A stretch of 64,000 nt of DNA from a virus, in the IMG/VR virus record IMGVR_UViG_3300031787_000075, positions 1 to 64,000 of that record; one strand, given 5' to 3'. The translations under genes were made by a program, and so were the position numbers. The notes under the pieces are model-generated. The model had not been told where the DNA came from. It made no database searches and saw only the letters and a list, made by a program, of their open reading frames with translations. Position 1 is the stretch's first letter. Every line of letters starts with the position of its first letter. Shown piece by piece: positions 20,994-29,977 of the stretch.

Positions 20994-21582
20994 TAGGATT
21001 TTCTCTTAATTTTATGGCAATTTCTTCCGGTGTTAATTCTACCTTTTCTTCCAAGTAGTATCGTTGTAGTCTTCTAATTAAAACATCTGAACTTTCAGAT
21101 TTTATAATTTGATTTCTTGTAGCCAACAATTCTTTTTCTGCTTCGGTTAATGTTTTTATGGAATCTTTTTCTCCAGTCAACAATTCTTTTGAGGCTCTAT
21201 AATAAACCTGCATTAATACATGATATTTCTGCCAACGAATATCATTTGTCATTATCAGGTACCTACAAATCATTTCATTGATTATTGGATCCTCGCAAAC
21301 AATCATTTTTTCTACATTCTCCGAAAATTTTCCATTTTCTTTTTTAAACCCGGCAAGTTCGGCAGAAATTAGTTTGGCTCTTAAGGCATCTTTAACCTCT
21401 TCTAGTATAGGAGAATTTGGGTCATAGAAATATATGATATATTTTAATACATTCTTTCTTGGCAATGAAGATACAGCATAAAACTCTTGGTGTTTATTAA
21501 AACCTTCAAAAACCAAAAAAGGGTCTTGATTACCCTTTAATGTGTCAACTCTAAATGTTAGATTAGAAAAATCAAATTCCAT
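20977..21582 (-). CDS. hypothetical protein, candidate terminase small subunit
   Basis: helical ~200 aa ORF overlapping the terL start. Confidence 0.45.
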   Translation of the reverse strand: MEFDFSNLTFRVDTLKGNQDPFLVFEGFNKHQEFYAVSSLPRKNVLKYIIYFYDPNSPILEEVKDALRAKLISAELAGFKKENGKFSENVEKMIVCEDPIINEMICRYLIMTNDIRWQKYHVLMQVYYRASKELLTGEKDSIKTLTEAEKELLATRNQIIKSESSDVLIRRLQRYYLEEKVELTPEEIAIKLRENPSELPV

Positions 21583-22114
21583 CGGCAAGTTTATTAATAG
21601 CCATTTTGCCTAAAAATAAAAATATGGAAACTCCTCCAATAAAAGCCAATGCCTTCATCCACCATGGGGTATGCGTTATGACTCTAACAATTGGAGGCAA
21701 TGTTTTAACCTTTTCTTTGGTGCTTAACTTATAAGTTAAATTTTTTATTGTGGTTTCCTGCTCTTTAATCTTAGAACTAAATCTGCTTACTGAACCCTGT
21801 AAGTTAACTTTTAAGTCTATCATTCCGTTTTTAACAGATACATCAAAAACATCTCCTCCTCTTACAATTCTTGTTTTGGCTCCATCTACGCATGGCAAAC
21901 TTTGTTGAACAACTAAGCTATCTTTAATAACTACTGAATCTTTAATGTTCAATACGGTCTTAACAGATATGGAATCCTTTATCCTAATAGAATCTTTAAT
22001 GGCAATAGAATCGTGACTAGGACAAATCTTTTGCGCTCTTTGGCAGGGGGTCTTTCTAACCCCACAGCCAAAAAAGTAAACAGCAAATAACAATACTATT
22101 GTAATACGGCCCAT
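21572..22114 (-). CDS. putative unimolecular spanin (lipoprotein with C-terminal TM)
   Basis: signal peptide with lipobox FFGC, C-terminal PWWMKALAFIGGVSIFLFL; in the lysis cassette. Confidence 0.7.
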   Translation of the reverse strand: MGRITIVLLFAVYFFGCGVRKTPCQRAQKICPSHDSIAIKDSIRIKDSISVKTVLNIKDSVVIKDSLVVQQSLPCVDGAKTRIVRGGDVFDVSVKNGMIDLKVNLQGSVSRFSSKIKEQETTIKNLTYKLSTKEKVKTLPPIVRVITHTPWWMKALAFIGGVSIFLFLGKMAINKLADGI

Positions 22115-22365
22115 ACGTCTGCCTCCCTCATGATTAAATAATCTTCCGAATTGTAGTTGATTGAAGAACCCGCGTGTTTTGCAAACAAAACTTTATCGCC
22201 TTCTTTAATCTGAATAGGCTCGTCTTTTGACTTACCTGGACCGCAACTTACAACAACTCCTGTTTGGGTTTTTTCTTTGGCAGTATCCGGAATAAAAATT
22301 CCTGATGCCGTTTTTGATTCTGCTTGATCTGGACGTACCAGAACTCTGTCTGCTAGCATTTTCAT
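22096..22365 (-). CDS. groES: co-chaperonin GroES
   Basis: LADRVLV, TASGIFIPDTAKEK, GDKVLFAK, YLIMREAD. Confidence 0.95.
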   Translation of the reverse strand: MKMLADRVLVRPDQAESKTASGIFIPDTAKEKTQTGVVVSCGPGKSKDEPIQIKEGDKVLFAKHAGSSINYNSEDYLIMREADVWAVLQ

Positions 22366-22381
22366 ATATCTGTGTAAAAAT

Positions 22382-22897
22382 TTAATTTGATAATTTTGGG
22401 TAATTAGTGCCTTGAATTACATTTTTTGTTCGAACCCTTTGGTCCAAAACAACAACCGATAATCCAAATGTTTTTTGGAAATGCGGTGCGTCCGGAAAAG
22501 AAGCCCAATCGCCTCCCCACTCCCAACCATATTGCTTGGCAATGGTAACGATCTCTTGCCAGTCTATTTTTCCGTCTTTGTCGAAATCTAATCTAGTATC
22601 CCAACTAGCTTCTTCGAATACGCCATCTCCATTTCTGTCAATTAATAGGCAAATATCAAAAGCTAATCCAAAATTGTGGTAGCTTCTGCCTCCTTTTGCT
22701 CTAGTAACTATTTTGCCAGGCTTTGTTCTGCCCTGCGCAAACAATTCATCTTGTTCTGCATAAGTAGAATAAACTCTAGTAAATCTAACCCTGATACGGC
22801 CAGATAATACTACGCACATTTCCTTATACATTTCTTCCAGCTCAAACCTAACTGCAGGGTGAGCGGTTTTAATACGGTCTAATGTTATCCTATCCAT
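22382..22897 (-). CDS. endolysin, M15 family peptidase
   Basis: EQDELFAQGRTKPG, SYHNFGLAFD, WGGDW, DAPHFQ. Confidence 0.92.
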   Translation of the reverse strand: MDRITLDRIKTAHPAVRFELEEMYKEMCVVLSGRIRVRFTRVYSTYAEQDELFAQGRTKPGKIVTRAKGGRSYHNFGLAFDICLLIDRNGDGVFEEASWDTRLDFDKDGKIDWQEIVTIAKQYGWEWGGDWASFPDAPHFQKTFGLSVVVLDQRVRTKNVIQGTNYPKLSN

Positions 22898-23481
22898 GCG
22901 TTTACTTTTTCAAACGAATATATAATTTGTTTTGGTGCTTTTTCATCTCCTCCAAAATATCCTGGGGCAGAAAAGCCTGCTAGACTTGGAATACTTTGTG
23001 AAAAAGAAAAGGTTTGGAAATCGTCTATTACAGGGTAAGTGTGTAAAAATGATGACCTTATACTTTTAGAATACCTAAAATTTACAATTTGCTTGTCTTG
23101 CTGTGGGTTAACTATTAAAAATATTTTTTCATCAACCTTTAGGTTTATTATAGGAAAATTTCCTAGTTCAGCCCAAATAGTCATTCCGTTTTGGTGGACG
23201 TATGGGGCAACTTGAAAGCACTCCAACTCCGGTTTCCATCTCCATGACCAACGGCTGCTATTGATTTTCATTTGGAATTGCTTTGCCAATGGAAACAATC
23301 CCCAGCTTGCGCCAAACAATTTATTCCAATCGTCTTGGTTAACCACATCTTTGGTTTCGTAAATAGCATCTTTACCAAAACTAATCATTGCGGCCATGGT
23401 TCCGGTACCAAAAAGATTTAGCCTCAAACCAGTAAATTGATTTGAGGCCAAGTGACAATTTTTGTTTATTCTAACCTTCAT
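22885..23481 (-). CDS. hypothetical beta-sandwich protein in the lysis region
   Basis: 198 aa, WNKLFG and YFGGDEKAP motifs; overlaps both neighbours. Confidence 0.55.
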   Translation of the reverse strand: MKVRINKNCHLASNQFTGLRLNLFGTGTMAAMISFGKDAIYETKDVVNQDDWNKLFGASWGLFPLAKQFQMKINSSRWSWRWKPELECFQVAPYVHQNGMTIWAELGNFPIINLKVDEKIFLIVNPQQDKQIVNFRYSKSIRSSFLHTYPVIDDFQTFSFSQSIPSLAGFSAPGYFGGDEKAPKQIIYSFEKVNAWIG

Positions 23482-23857
23482 TGCTTTTTCGTTGCAAGAA
23501 ATTAAATAATCCTTTTAAAATATCTGTGCCAGTAATTGCTTCTATATTTTCTCTCATTGACTGCAATTCTGTTAGGGCAATTATGGCTACCAATGGCTTT
23601 ACTAATGGAATATTGCTTTCGTCTGCAAAATACAATTCACACGCTCGAACCATCATTAAAGCAACTAGGTAGGCAGAACCAGTATAAAATTTCTTTATCA
23701 TGGATCTACTATTAAAATTTCCTTTTTTGGAGCCTTTTATCATTCCAGTCACCCAATCAAACATCACAAGGCTGCCAACAAATAAAAGTGAGGTATAAAT
23801 AGGAGCCAAATAAGCTACTATTCCCGCAATAACAAGTGGCAGATATTTTTCGTACAT
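23471..23857 (-). CDS. holin
   Basis: three hydrophobic segments, DWVTG and ELQSMREN motifs of the phage holin 4-like family. Confidence 0.8.
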   Translation of the reverse strand: MYEKYLPLVIAGIVAYLAPIYTSLLFVGSLVMFDWVTGMIKGSKKGNFNSRSMIKKFYTGSAYLVALMMVRACELYFADESNIPLVKPLVAIIALTELQSMRENIEAITGTDILKGLFNFLQRKSNEG

Positions 23858-23859
23858 GA

Positions 23860-24201
23860 TTATTTACCTTCTATTAAAGCATCTACTTGGGCCAAAACAA
23901 TAGGATTAAATCCAGCTAATTTGCATTGCTGCTTAATTTCGGTTAAATCCTCAACTTTAAAATCAGGACATTCATTTTTAGTAATTGAAATAATCCAATG
24001 CCCTCTTTTTACCAATACGTCAACTTCTGGACCGTTCTCTTTTGGAACAAAGTTTAATGCCGTTTTTAACACTAATGCTAGTGTTAATGGAACTTCGATA
24101 ACTTCTTTTGGAGAGCCATCTTTGTTGTAACCTGTTACAGTTGTTTGTGTTGCGGGTTTACCTTCTAAGTCAAATAATTGTTTGGTTAAATCTAACTTCA
24201 T
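23860..24201 (-). CDS. hypothetical protein (tail-fibre associated)
   Basis: MKLDLTKQLFDLEGK start; follows the fibre genes. Confidence 0.55.
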   Translation of the reverse strand: MKLDLTKQLFDLEGKPATQTTVTGYNKDGSPKEVIEVPLTLALVLKTALNFVPKENGPEVDVLVKRGHWIISITKNECPDFKVEDLTEIKQQCKLAGFNPIVLAQVDALIEGK

Positions 24202-24211
24202 ATTTTGTAAA

Positions 24212-24586
24212 TTAAACGATTTCAAATTGAACTGTTGGATATGCTTCTTTTAGTTTAGTTAACATTTGATTTTGTAATGTTGTAAAACTTGGGTCTTCTT
24301 CTTTTGTTGTAAAAGAAGCAATAGTATCAGCTTTATCCCAATAATTGATAGTTTCTGTTTTAGGTACTTCTACCTTAACTGTTTCAAGTTCCTCTGTTTC
24401 AGGGTTAACAATTTCCTTTTCCTCAAATACTGAATAGTTTTGAGTTTTTTCTTTTACCTCCCCAATTTCTGCTGTTACTATTAACCCTATAAATTTATCT
24501 GGACTTGCGTAATCAACATTAATTAATGGATCTGTGTATTTAGCAATCCCATTGCTACCCACAATTATTCCTTTTGCTTGTATCAT
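24212..24586 (-). CDS. hypothetical protein (possible fibre chaperone)
   Basis: 124 aa directly downstream of the tail fibre gene. Confidence 0.5.
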   Translation of the reverse strand: MIQAKGIIVGSNGIAKYTDPLINVDYASPDKFIGLIVTAEIGEVKEKTQNYSVFEEKEIVNPETEELETVKVEVPKTETINYWDKADTIASFTTKEEDPSFTTLQNQMLTKLKEAYPTVQFEIV

Positions 24587-24589
24587 TTA

Positions 24590-26398
24590 TTAAGATATTT
24601 TAATTGTTCCACCATCGTTCCATAATTCTCCAGGACTTCCTGCTGTTGTTCTTAAATTTTTCAAAAACACTCTACCTTGTTCTACATCTATTGCTCTAAA
24701 ATCTGGGGCAGTACCTATTGTTACTGTTCCCGTTCCAGACCCAGCTCCAGTAGCTACAAATACAACGCCTACAGTATTTGATGAAGCCCCTATTAATGTA
24801 AAGTCTGTAGTTCCAATACTTGCAATTGTATATCTTTGACCTACTGTTAGTCCACTAGAAACATTTACAGTAGCACCAATTAAAGGTGCAACCCATAATC
24901 CTCTTGTAATACCATTTGCACCGCCAGTTTGATTAATAGTTCCACTATAAACAAAAGCTGAAAAGTTAGCATTTCCAGATGTAGGAGCAAAACTTATATT
25001 CATATTAAAACCTGCTCTGTCTGTACTTGTATTTGTCCAAGCACTAATTGAAGTTAAAATAAAAGCATTTGGATTAAATGTTGTTGGTCCACCTACAGTT
25101 GCATTAAAAGCATTTCCTGCAAAACTTAATGTTACAACCCCCATTGTAATTAGTGGATTTAATCCCGGAACTTGTGGGTTGTATGTAATACCTGTCGTTC
25201 CACCTACGCTAAAAACTGTATTTCTAGCTAATGCAGTTCCGTCATTAAATAATGTATCAAAGTTTAATTGAGGTACAGGATTTGAAGCCGCTTGAACAGG
25301 AGCTAAATAAATCTCATAAGTTATTTTTTGACTTGCAGCAGTAGCATTTGTTTTCCAACCATTACCTTCTAGTATAATTGAAGGACTAAATTGTTGATTT
25401 CCTGATGTGGCTGCGGCAGGATTAGTTAATTGAATACCTATAGTTCTTGTATTTGAAGATACTCCATTTACATTATACATAAATCCTCTATTAACCATTC
25501 CATTTAGGTTAGTTAATGTAGCGTCTATTCTAATACCAGATGCAAAACCTGTTGCAGCAACAGCTACTGTACCTGTACCACTTCCTGCGCCTGTAGCTGT
25601 AAATACTAAACCAACAGTATTAGAAGCTGCGCCTATTGCAGTATAGTTTGTTGTGCCTACAGTTAAAATTATGTATGTTTCTCCTACTGTCAATCCGCTA
25701 GACACGTTTATAGCAGGAAGAGTATTGTTAATAGTATAAGCAAGGCTAAGACCTCTATAATTAATAGTTTTAGATGCAGCATTACTTATTCCAAAAATAT
25801 GAGAAGGAATGTCAATAATTGATGCTACTGAACCTGTCGGTGCTGTACTAAAAGTTCTGTCTGTGGCAAAAAATGTATAACTAGCGGTAGCAAAAGAACT
25901 ATTGTGGCCGCTAAATAGTCTAACGTACTCTCCATTACTTGCAAAAGTTGTCCCTAGTAATGTTGCGCCAATAGCAGGTGGTGTTCCTGCCGTTCCAAAA
26001 CCGATGCTATTGTTTGCTAATACTCTTGTAGCATTGACTTGGAAATGATTTACTGAATTTATTGTTACAGTATGAGTTCCTCCAGTAGGCAATACAACTC
26101 CATTAGAGTCTAAGTATCTATCTGCCGCAAAATGGTACCTGTTAGCTAAAACGGTTCCACTACTTGACTGAACCCATAAACCATAACTTGCAGAAGGATC
26201 GCCTCCAATACCTACATTTACATCAAACCTTAACTTATCTGCAGCAACTTGGATAGGCAAATTTGCACCAGTACCATCGGTAATGTAAATCATTGCGCTT
26301 CCTGCTCCCGGCAATGGCGTTCCAATGCTTGAACCAAGATTTAAAATGCCTTTATAATTGTTTGTGCCTCGAATATTTTGATTTAATAAATTTGCCAT
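24590..26398 (-). CDS. tail fibre/spike, receptor-binding protein
   Basis: Gly/Thr/Ala/Asn-rich; NVGIG repeat; C-terminal GELWNDGGTIKIS; duplicated 50-aa module. Confidence 0.8.
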   Translation of the reverse strand: MANLLNQNIRGTNNYKGILNLGSSIGTPLPGAGSAMIYITDGTGANLPIQVAADKLRFDVNVGIGGDPSASYGLWVQSSSGTVLANRYHFAADRYLDSNGVVLPTGGTHTVTINSVNHFQVNATRVLANNSIGFGTAGTPPAIGATLLGTTFASNGEYVRLFSGHNSSFATASYTFFATDRTFSTAPTGSVASIIDIPSHIFGISNAASKTINYRGLSLAYTINNTLPAINVSSGLTVGETYIILTVGTTNYTAIGAASNTVGLVFTATGAGSGTGTVAVAATGFASGIRIDATLTNLNGMVNRGFMYNVNGVSSNTRTIGIQLTNPAAATSGNQQFSPSIILEGNGWKTNATAASQKITYEIYLAPVQAASNPVPQLNFDTLFNDGTALARNTVFSVGGTTGITYNPQVPGLNPLITMGVVTLSFAGNAFNATVGGPTTFNPNAFILTSISAWTNTSTDRAGFNMNISFAPTSGNANFSAFVYSGTINQTGGANGITRGLWVAPLIGATVNVSSGLTVGQRYTIASIGTTDFTLIGASSNTVGVVFVATGAGSGTGTVTIGTAPDFRAIDVEQGRVFLKNLRTTAGSPGELWNDGGTIKIS

Positions 26399-26409
26399 TT
26401 TATGTGTAA

Positions 26410-26556
26410 TTAAAGATTATCACCCCATTTTTCTGTTCCACCGTTGTCACCCCATTTTTCAGTTCCGGCATTGTCGCCCCACCTCCAAACAACAGAAACT
26501 ATAGACGTAAAAGTCTGTCTTAAAAATTTTGAAATACCTATTCCTCTGCCTGGCAT
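26410..26556 (-). CDS. 48-aa small protein with three WGDN repeats (not in ORF track)
   Basis: MPGRGIGISKFLRQTFTSIVSVVWRWGDNAGTEKWGDNGGTEKWGDNL; TAATG coupling to the upstream gene; fills the gap. Confidence 0.75.
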   Translation of the reverse strand: MPGRGIGISKFLRQTFTSIVSVVWRWGDNAGTEKWGDNGGTEKWGDNL

Positions 26557-26942
26557 TATATGTTGTCGTTAATTTTTTTATTCAAATCCTTTGTGCTTAA
26601 TAAAAGATAGGCAACAACGCTACCAGATGTTGGTCTTATTGTTGTAAAACAACCAAACCTTGGAACATAAATTTCTCCTGCATGCAAGGTTTCGCCATCA
26701 ATGTTTTGTCCGGTACCTGTAAAAAGAGTTGTTGCTCCAACTACGGTTACGATATCGTCACCTATAACATTAACTTCTGTTTCTTCTTGGTTTAAAATAA
26801 CCTTCTCCCTCAAAGTTTCAATGACAGTGTCTTCTCTAGGAATAAAGCTAGATACAGCGCCTTCAAAAGTTTCTCCTGTCTTTATAATTCTACTTTGCGA
26901 TGCTCCGGCAATTCTGTTTATTGGTGTATTTCCTCCTGCCAT
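26556..26942 (-). CDS. small virion (fibre/decoration-type) protein
   Basis: first gene of the minus-strand structural operon; C-terminal GETLHAGEIY..FTTIRPTSGSVVAY beta pattern. Confidence 0.5.
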   Translation of the reverse strand: MAGGNTPINRIAGASQSRIIKTGETFEGAVSSFIPREDTVIETLREKVILNQEETEVNVIGDDIVTVVGATTLFTGTGQNIDGETLHAGEIYVPRFGCFTTIRPTSGSVVAYLLLSTKDLNKKINDNI

Positions 26943-27013
26943 GTCAATAATAATTTATCCTCAAAATTAATATTTTTTTGCAAATAAAATACAAGAGGTT
27001 ATTTTTGACCCGC

Positions 27014-27129
27014 TTCCCAAAGCAAAAACCACGAATGAAAAGATATTTTAAATTAAGCCATTCCTTGAACACGTTGGGTTTTCTGTGGACCCTTTGGGAA
27101 CGTGGGAGAGGGGTGGCTTAATTTTTTTT
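27014..27129 (+). ncRNA. candidate structured RNA/attenuator in the divergent intergenic region
   Basis: 16-bp stem 27050-27065/27109-27124, inner stems, T-tract, and a 9-nt complement 27014-27022/27092-27100. Confidence 0.45.
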
Positions 27130-27136
27130 ACAAAAA

Positions 27137-27191
27137 AACAATAATATCGGAAAATAATCCTTGCAATATATCCGAATTAAGATTATTGTTG
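27137..27191 (+). promoter_or_regulatory. promoter bracketed by an inverted repeat (possible operator)
   Basis: AACAATAAT/ATTATTGTT and TCGGA/TCCGA dyads around TTGCAA...TATTGTTG just before the HTH gene. Confidence 0.45.
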
Positions 27192-27195
27192 CATC

Positions 27196-27687
27196 ATGGA
27201 AATACAAGTAGAAAAATCTTTGTCAAAGATTAAAGAACAAAAAATTTCAATTACAGAATTATTTTTTTTAGAATTAGTTAAAAAGCTTGGAGAGCCTATT
27301 GCTGTTAAAGATGTTATGCCTCACATTAAAGAAGCAAACATGAAGCAAGATACGGTTTACAGGATTTTAAAAAAGCTGGAAAAAAAGGGATTGATAAAAT
27401 ATAAATCTAATCTTACGCCTCCAGATTCTTTATATCTAATTATAAGCGAGCCTAGTAAATTACTTAAAATAGGAATAAGCAGTAATCCATTAAAAAGGGC
27501 TAAAGATATTTCTTTGGCATCAACTCTTCCAACAAAAGTTCTTTATTCTTTCAATGGGCTTTCTCACTTAGAAAAAGAACTTAAATTAAAGTACAAGAAC
27601 CTAAATATTGGAGGAGAGTGGTTTAATTATTCAGAAGAAATAGTTAAAGAATTTCAAAACTTAAAAAATAGCACGACAAATGAATAA
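27196..27687 (+). CDS. winged HTH + GIY-YIG-like (T5orf172/MUG113) protein
   Basis: TVYRILKKLEKKGLI wHTH; LYLI...LKIGIS.NP.KR...LEKEL...GEWF. Confidence 0.75.
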   Translation: MEIQVEKSLSKIKEQKISITELFFLELVKKLGEPIAVKDVMPHIKEANMKQDTVYRILKKLEKKGLIKYKSNLTPPDSLYLIISEPSKLLKIGISSNPLKRAKDISLASTLPTKVLYSFNGLSHLEKELKLKYKNLNIGGEWFNYSEEIVKEFQNLKNSTTNE

Positions 27688-28531
27688 GCAAGAATTTCAC
27701 ATGTTTAACACAGAGGAGGCGAAAGAATTTAGTATTGAATCCGCAATTCTTCTAAACAACATTAGGTTTTGGTTAAGAAAAAATAAGGCTAACCAAAAAA
27801 ATATTTTTGAAGGCAAGGTGTGGACTTACAATTCTGCAGAAGCTTTTACAATTCTTTTTCCTTACATGAGCAGGACAACTATTTGGAGGAGGTTAGACGA
27901 ATTGTTTAAAGCAGGAAAGATTTTAAAGGGTAATTTCAATGATGATAAAAGGGATAAAACTCTTTGGTTTTGCATAAATGAACCGGAGTTCACTAATCTT
28001 TCCAAAATGGATAATAGCAAATCTCAAAATGAAATCTCCATAGTTCAGGATGAAATTAACATAGTTCAAAATGAACCACCATTACCATATATTAAACCAA
28101 ATATAAACACAGATAATAATACCCCTATATCCCCAAAACAAAAAACCGCTTCTGACTACGTCCGCGGTTTTGTTTTGGAATCCAGAACAAGACCTGATGA
28201 TGGTAAATTAACTCTCCTAAATGATGAAGCTGTTTCAACAATAAAAAGATTTGAGCACTACTACTACAAAGAAAAGAAAAGGAATATGTCTTTAACGGAC
28301 CTAGTATTCACAGAAGCTTTTGAAGTAGAATTAGAATACTTTGGGCAGAAATACCATATCAAATCAATTATTGAGGACGTAAATCACGAAGACTTTAATC
28401 CAGTAGTATTTGAAAGAACACTAGCTGCCGCTAAAAAAATGAATGAATTAGGCTTTGAATGTTTTGAGTTTTACTTTAGCTACCTAAACATAAGAGCAAC
28501 AAACGTATTCAGAAAGTATTTTAACAATTAA
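27680..28531 (+). CDS. phage replication initiator (lambda O/DnaD-like N-terminal HTH)
   Basis: AILLNNIRFW..KN...WTYNS....FPYMS..TI.R.L..L...GNFN....DKTLWF pattern; internal heptad repeats encoded by iterons. Confidence 0.75.
   Translation: MNKQEFHMFNTEEAKEFSIESAILLNNIRFWLRKNKANQKNIFEGKVWTYNSAEAFTILFPYMSRTTIWRRLDELFKAGKILKGNFNDDKRDKTLWFCINEPEFTNLSKMDNSKSQNEISIVQDEINIVQNEPPLPYIKPNINTDNNTPISPKQKTASDYVRGFVLESRTRPDDGKLTLLNDEAVSTIKRFEHYYYKEKKRNMSLTDLVFTEAFEVELEYFGQKYHIKSIIEDVNHEDFNPVVFERTLAAAKKMNELGFECFEFYFSYLNIRATNVFRKYFNN
28001..28179. repeat. putative replication origin: four 21-22 bp iterons, AT-rich tract, inverted repeat
   Basis: CAAAATG/CAGGATG cores at 28003, 28025, 28046, 28067; AT-rich 28081-28120; CCAAAACAAAAAACCGC...GCGGTTTTGTTTTGG. 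Confidence 0.65.
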
Positions 28532-28543
28532 TCACCTAAAATC

Positions 28544-29251
28544 ATGATAAAATTAAATCAAAAGCAAATCAAAAGCCTTAAACCTGGGGTTGGAAAAGTA
28601 TTGGTAGCACCAGATCGCAGAGTCGATGAAATAAATGTTGGCGACAAAAAGTTATACTTTGACCCTACATTCAATTACAACGAACACGCCCCAGTAACAG
28701 GTTCCGTAATTTCATTTAACCCTACACCGCATTGGAATCACAATCATTACCTTAGTGTTCCATACCTACAAGTAGGTGACAGAGTTATATTCAGTTATCA
28801 TGAAGGTTCAAAGATTTTAGACCCAAAGTTTGACGAAACCATTGTTTGTACCGACACCAATCAAATCTATTTGTTCATTCAATATTTCGAATGTTATGCA
28901 AAGGTTTGCCATGAAACAAATAAAATTTATGGATTAAATCATTACCATATCTGCTCTCCTGTGCAACGAAATGTTGTTGCCGGCATAGAACTACCACAAC
29001 ACATGAAAAAACGCAACAGCCAAAGCGTTTGTAAGGTAGAATTTAGCCCAATAGAACCAGTAAGGTACAGAAAAGAGGTTAGTCCAGGACAAAGAGTAGA
29101 GCCAGGAAGCTATATCGTATTCGATAAATTTGGAGATGTGCCGCTAGAATACGATATGCACAGAAGCTTAATGGGTAAATCCGAACTTTTTGCCATAGCA
29201 CAAAGAGATATTGTTGCCGTTATTGATAACCCCGAACAGGTAAACACATGA
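28544..29251 (+). CDS. tandem GroES-like domain protein
   Basis: two repeats of VLV.P / G.V / LQVGDRVIF and VEPGSYIVF...DIVAVI. Confidence 0.6.
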   Translation: MIKLNQKQIKSLKPGVGKVLVAPDRRVDEINVGDKKLYFDPTFNYNEHAPVTGSVISFNPTPHWNHNHYLSVPYLQVGDRVIFSYHEGSKILDPKFDETIVCTDTNQIYLFIQYFECYAKVCHETNKIYGLNHYHICSPVQRNVVAGIELPQHMKKRNSQSVCKVEFSPIEPVRYRKEVSPGQRVEPGSYIVFDKFGDVPLEYDMHRSLMGKSELFAIAQRDIVAVIDNPEQVNT

Positions 29252-29739
29252 GAAGCGCTGACATAGAAAAAGCGATTTGGCTTCACTGGGCAAGAAAGCA
29301 AAACAGAGTAATCTGCCACAACGTGAGCTGGGGAATGTTTAACCATGAGTGTGATATCTTGGTCCTAGAACAGGATAACACCTTCACAGAAATAGAAATC
29401 AAGGTGTCAAAATCTGATGTCAAAAAAGACCTGCAGAAACCTCACAAACACGAAAGCAAAAAAATATCAAGACTATACTTTGCCATACCCGAAGACCTAT
29501 ACAGGCCCGATGTTATAGAACTAATACCAGATCGCGCAGGAATACTTGTGGTAACAACCAAATTACAGGTACAAAACAAAAGAAAACCTGCCAAACCTAA
29601 AACACCATATACTGCCAAAGAAAACGAAATCCGACAACTTGCATACCTCCTTCAATTCCGATTCTGGAAAGAACGTATCAAAGCCAATAACCTCAACCAA
29701 AAACTAATAGACAATAATCAGGTGAAACTAAATCTATAA
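29248..29739 (+). CDS. MmcB-like PD-(D/E)XK nuclease
   Basis: HECDILVL...EIEIKVSKSDVKKD..K.H, LYFAIP, AGIL. Confidence 0.75.
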   Translation: MRSADIEKAIWLHWARKQNRVICHNVSWGMFNHECDILVLEQDNTFTEIEIKVSKSDVKKDLQKPHKHESKKISRLYFAIPEDLYRPDVIELIPDRAGILVVTTKLQVQNKRKPAKPKTPYTAKENEIRQLAYLLQFRFWKERIKANNLNQKLIDNNQVKLNL

Positions 29740-29976
29740 CTAATATTTAGGCGTAGCCTCAAAATTGAAATCCACACACCTTACCTCCTCATACCTATCC
29801 CCAACCCTGTACTCGTAATACCAACACCCCTGCCTCACAAAACTCCCAACCAACTTTACCTCAACACCCTTAAACAAATACCACAGCTTCCGGTCCTGAT
29901 CCGTATTACGTGGCAACAAAACCTTCCAGTTATGCTTGTCCTTCTGCTCCAAACCCTTCCGCTTTACAACACCCAT
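29740..29976 (-). CDS. hypothetical protein (78 aa)
   Basis: ATG at 29976 just after the upstream stop at 29978. Confidence 0.5.
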   Translation of the reverse strand: MGVVKRKGLEQKDKHNWKVLLPRNTDQDRKLWYLFKGVEVKLVGSFVRQGCWYYEYRVGDRYEEVRCVDFNFEATPKY

Positions 29977-29977
29977 C

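Noticed and set aside
331-24130. Many short plus-strand ORFs in the structural region (e.g. poly-Val 4321-4515)
   Set aside because: Antisense shadows of long minus-strand genes
24716-25709. Duplicated fibre module as a DGR template/variable repeat pair
   Set aside because: Both copies are in-frame in one gene, differences are not adenine-specific, and no reverse transcriptase is seen
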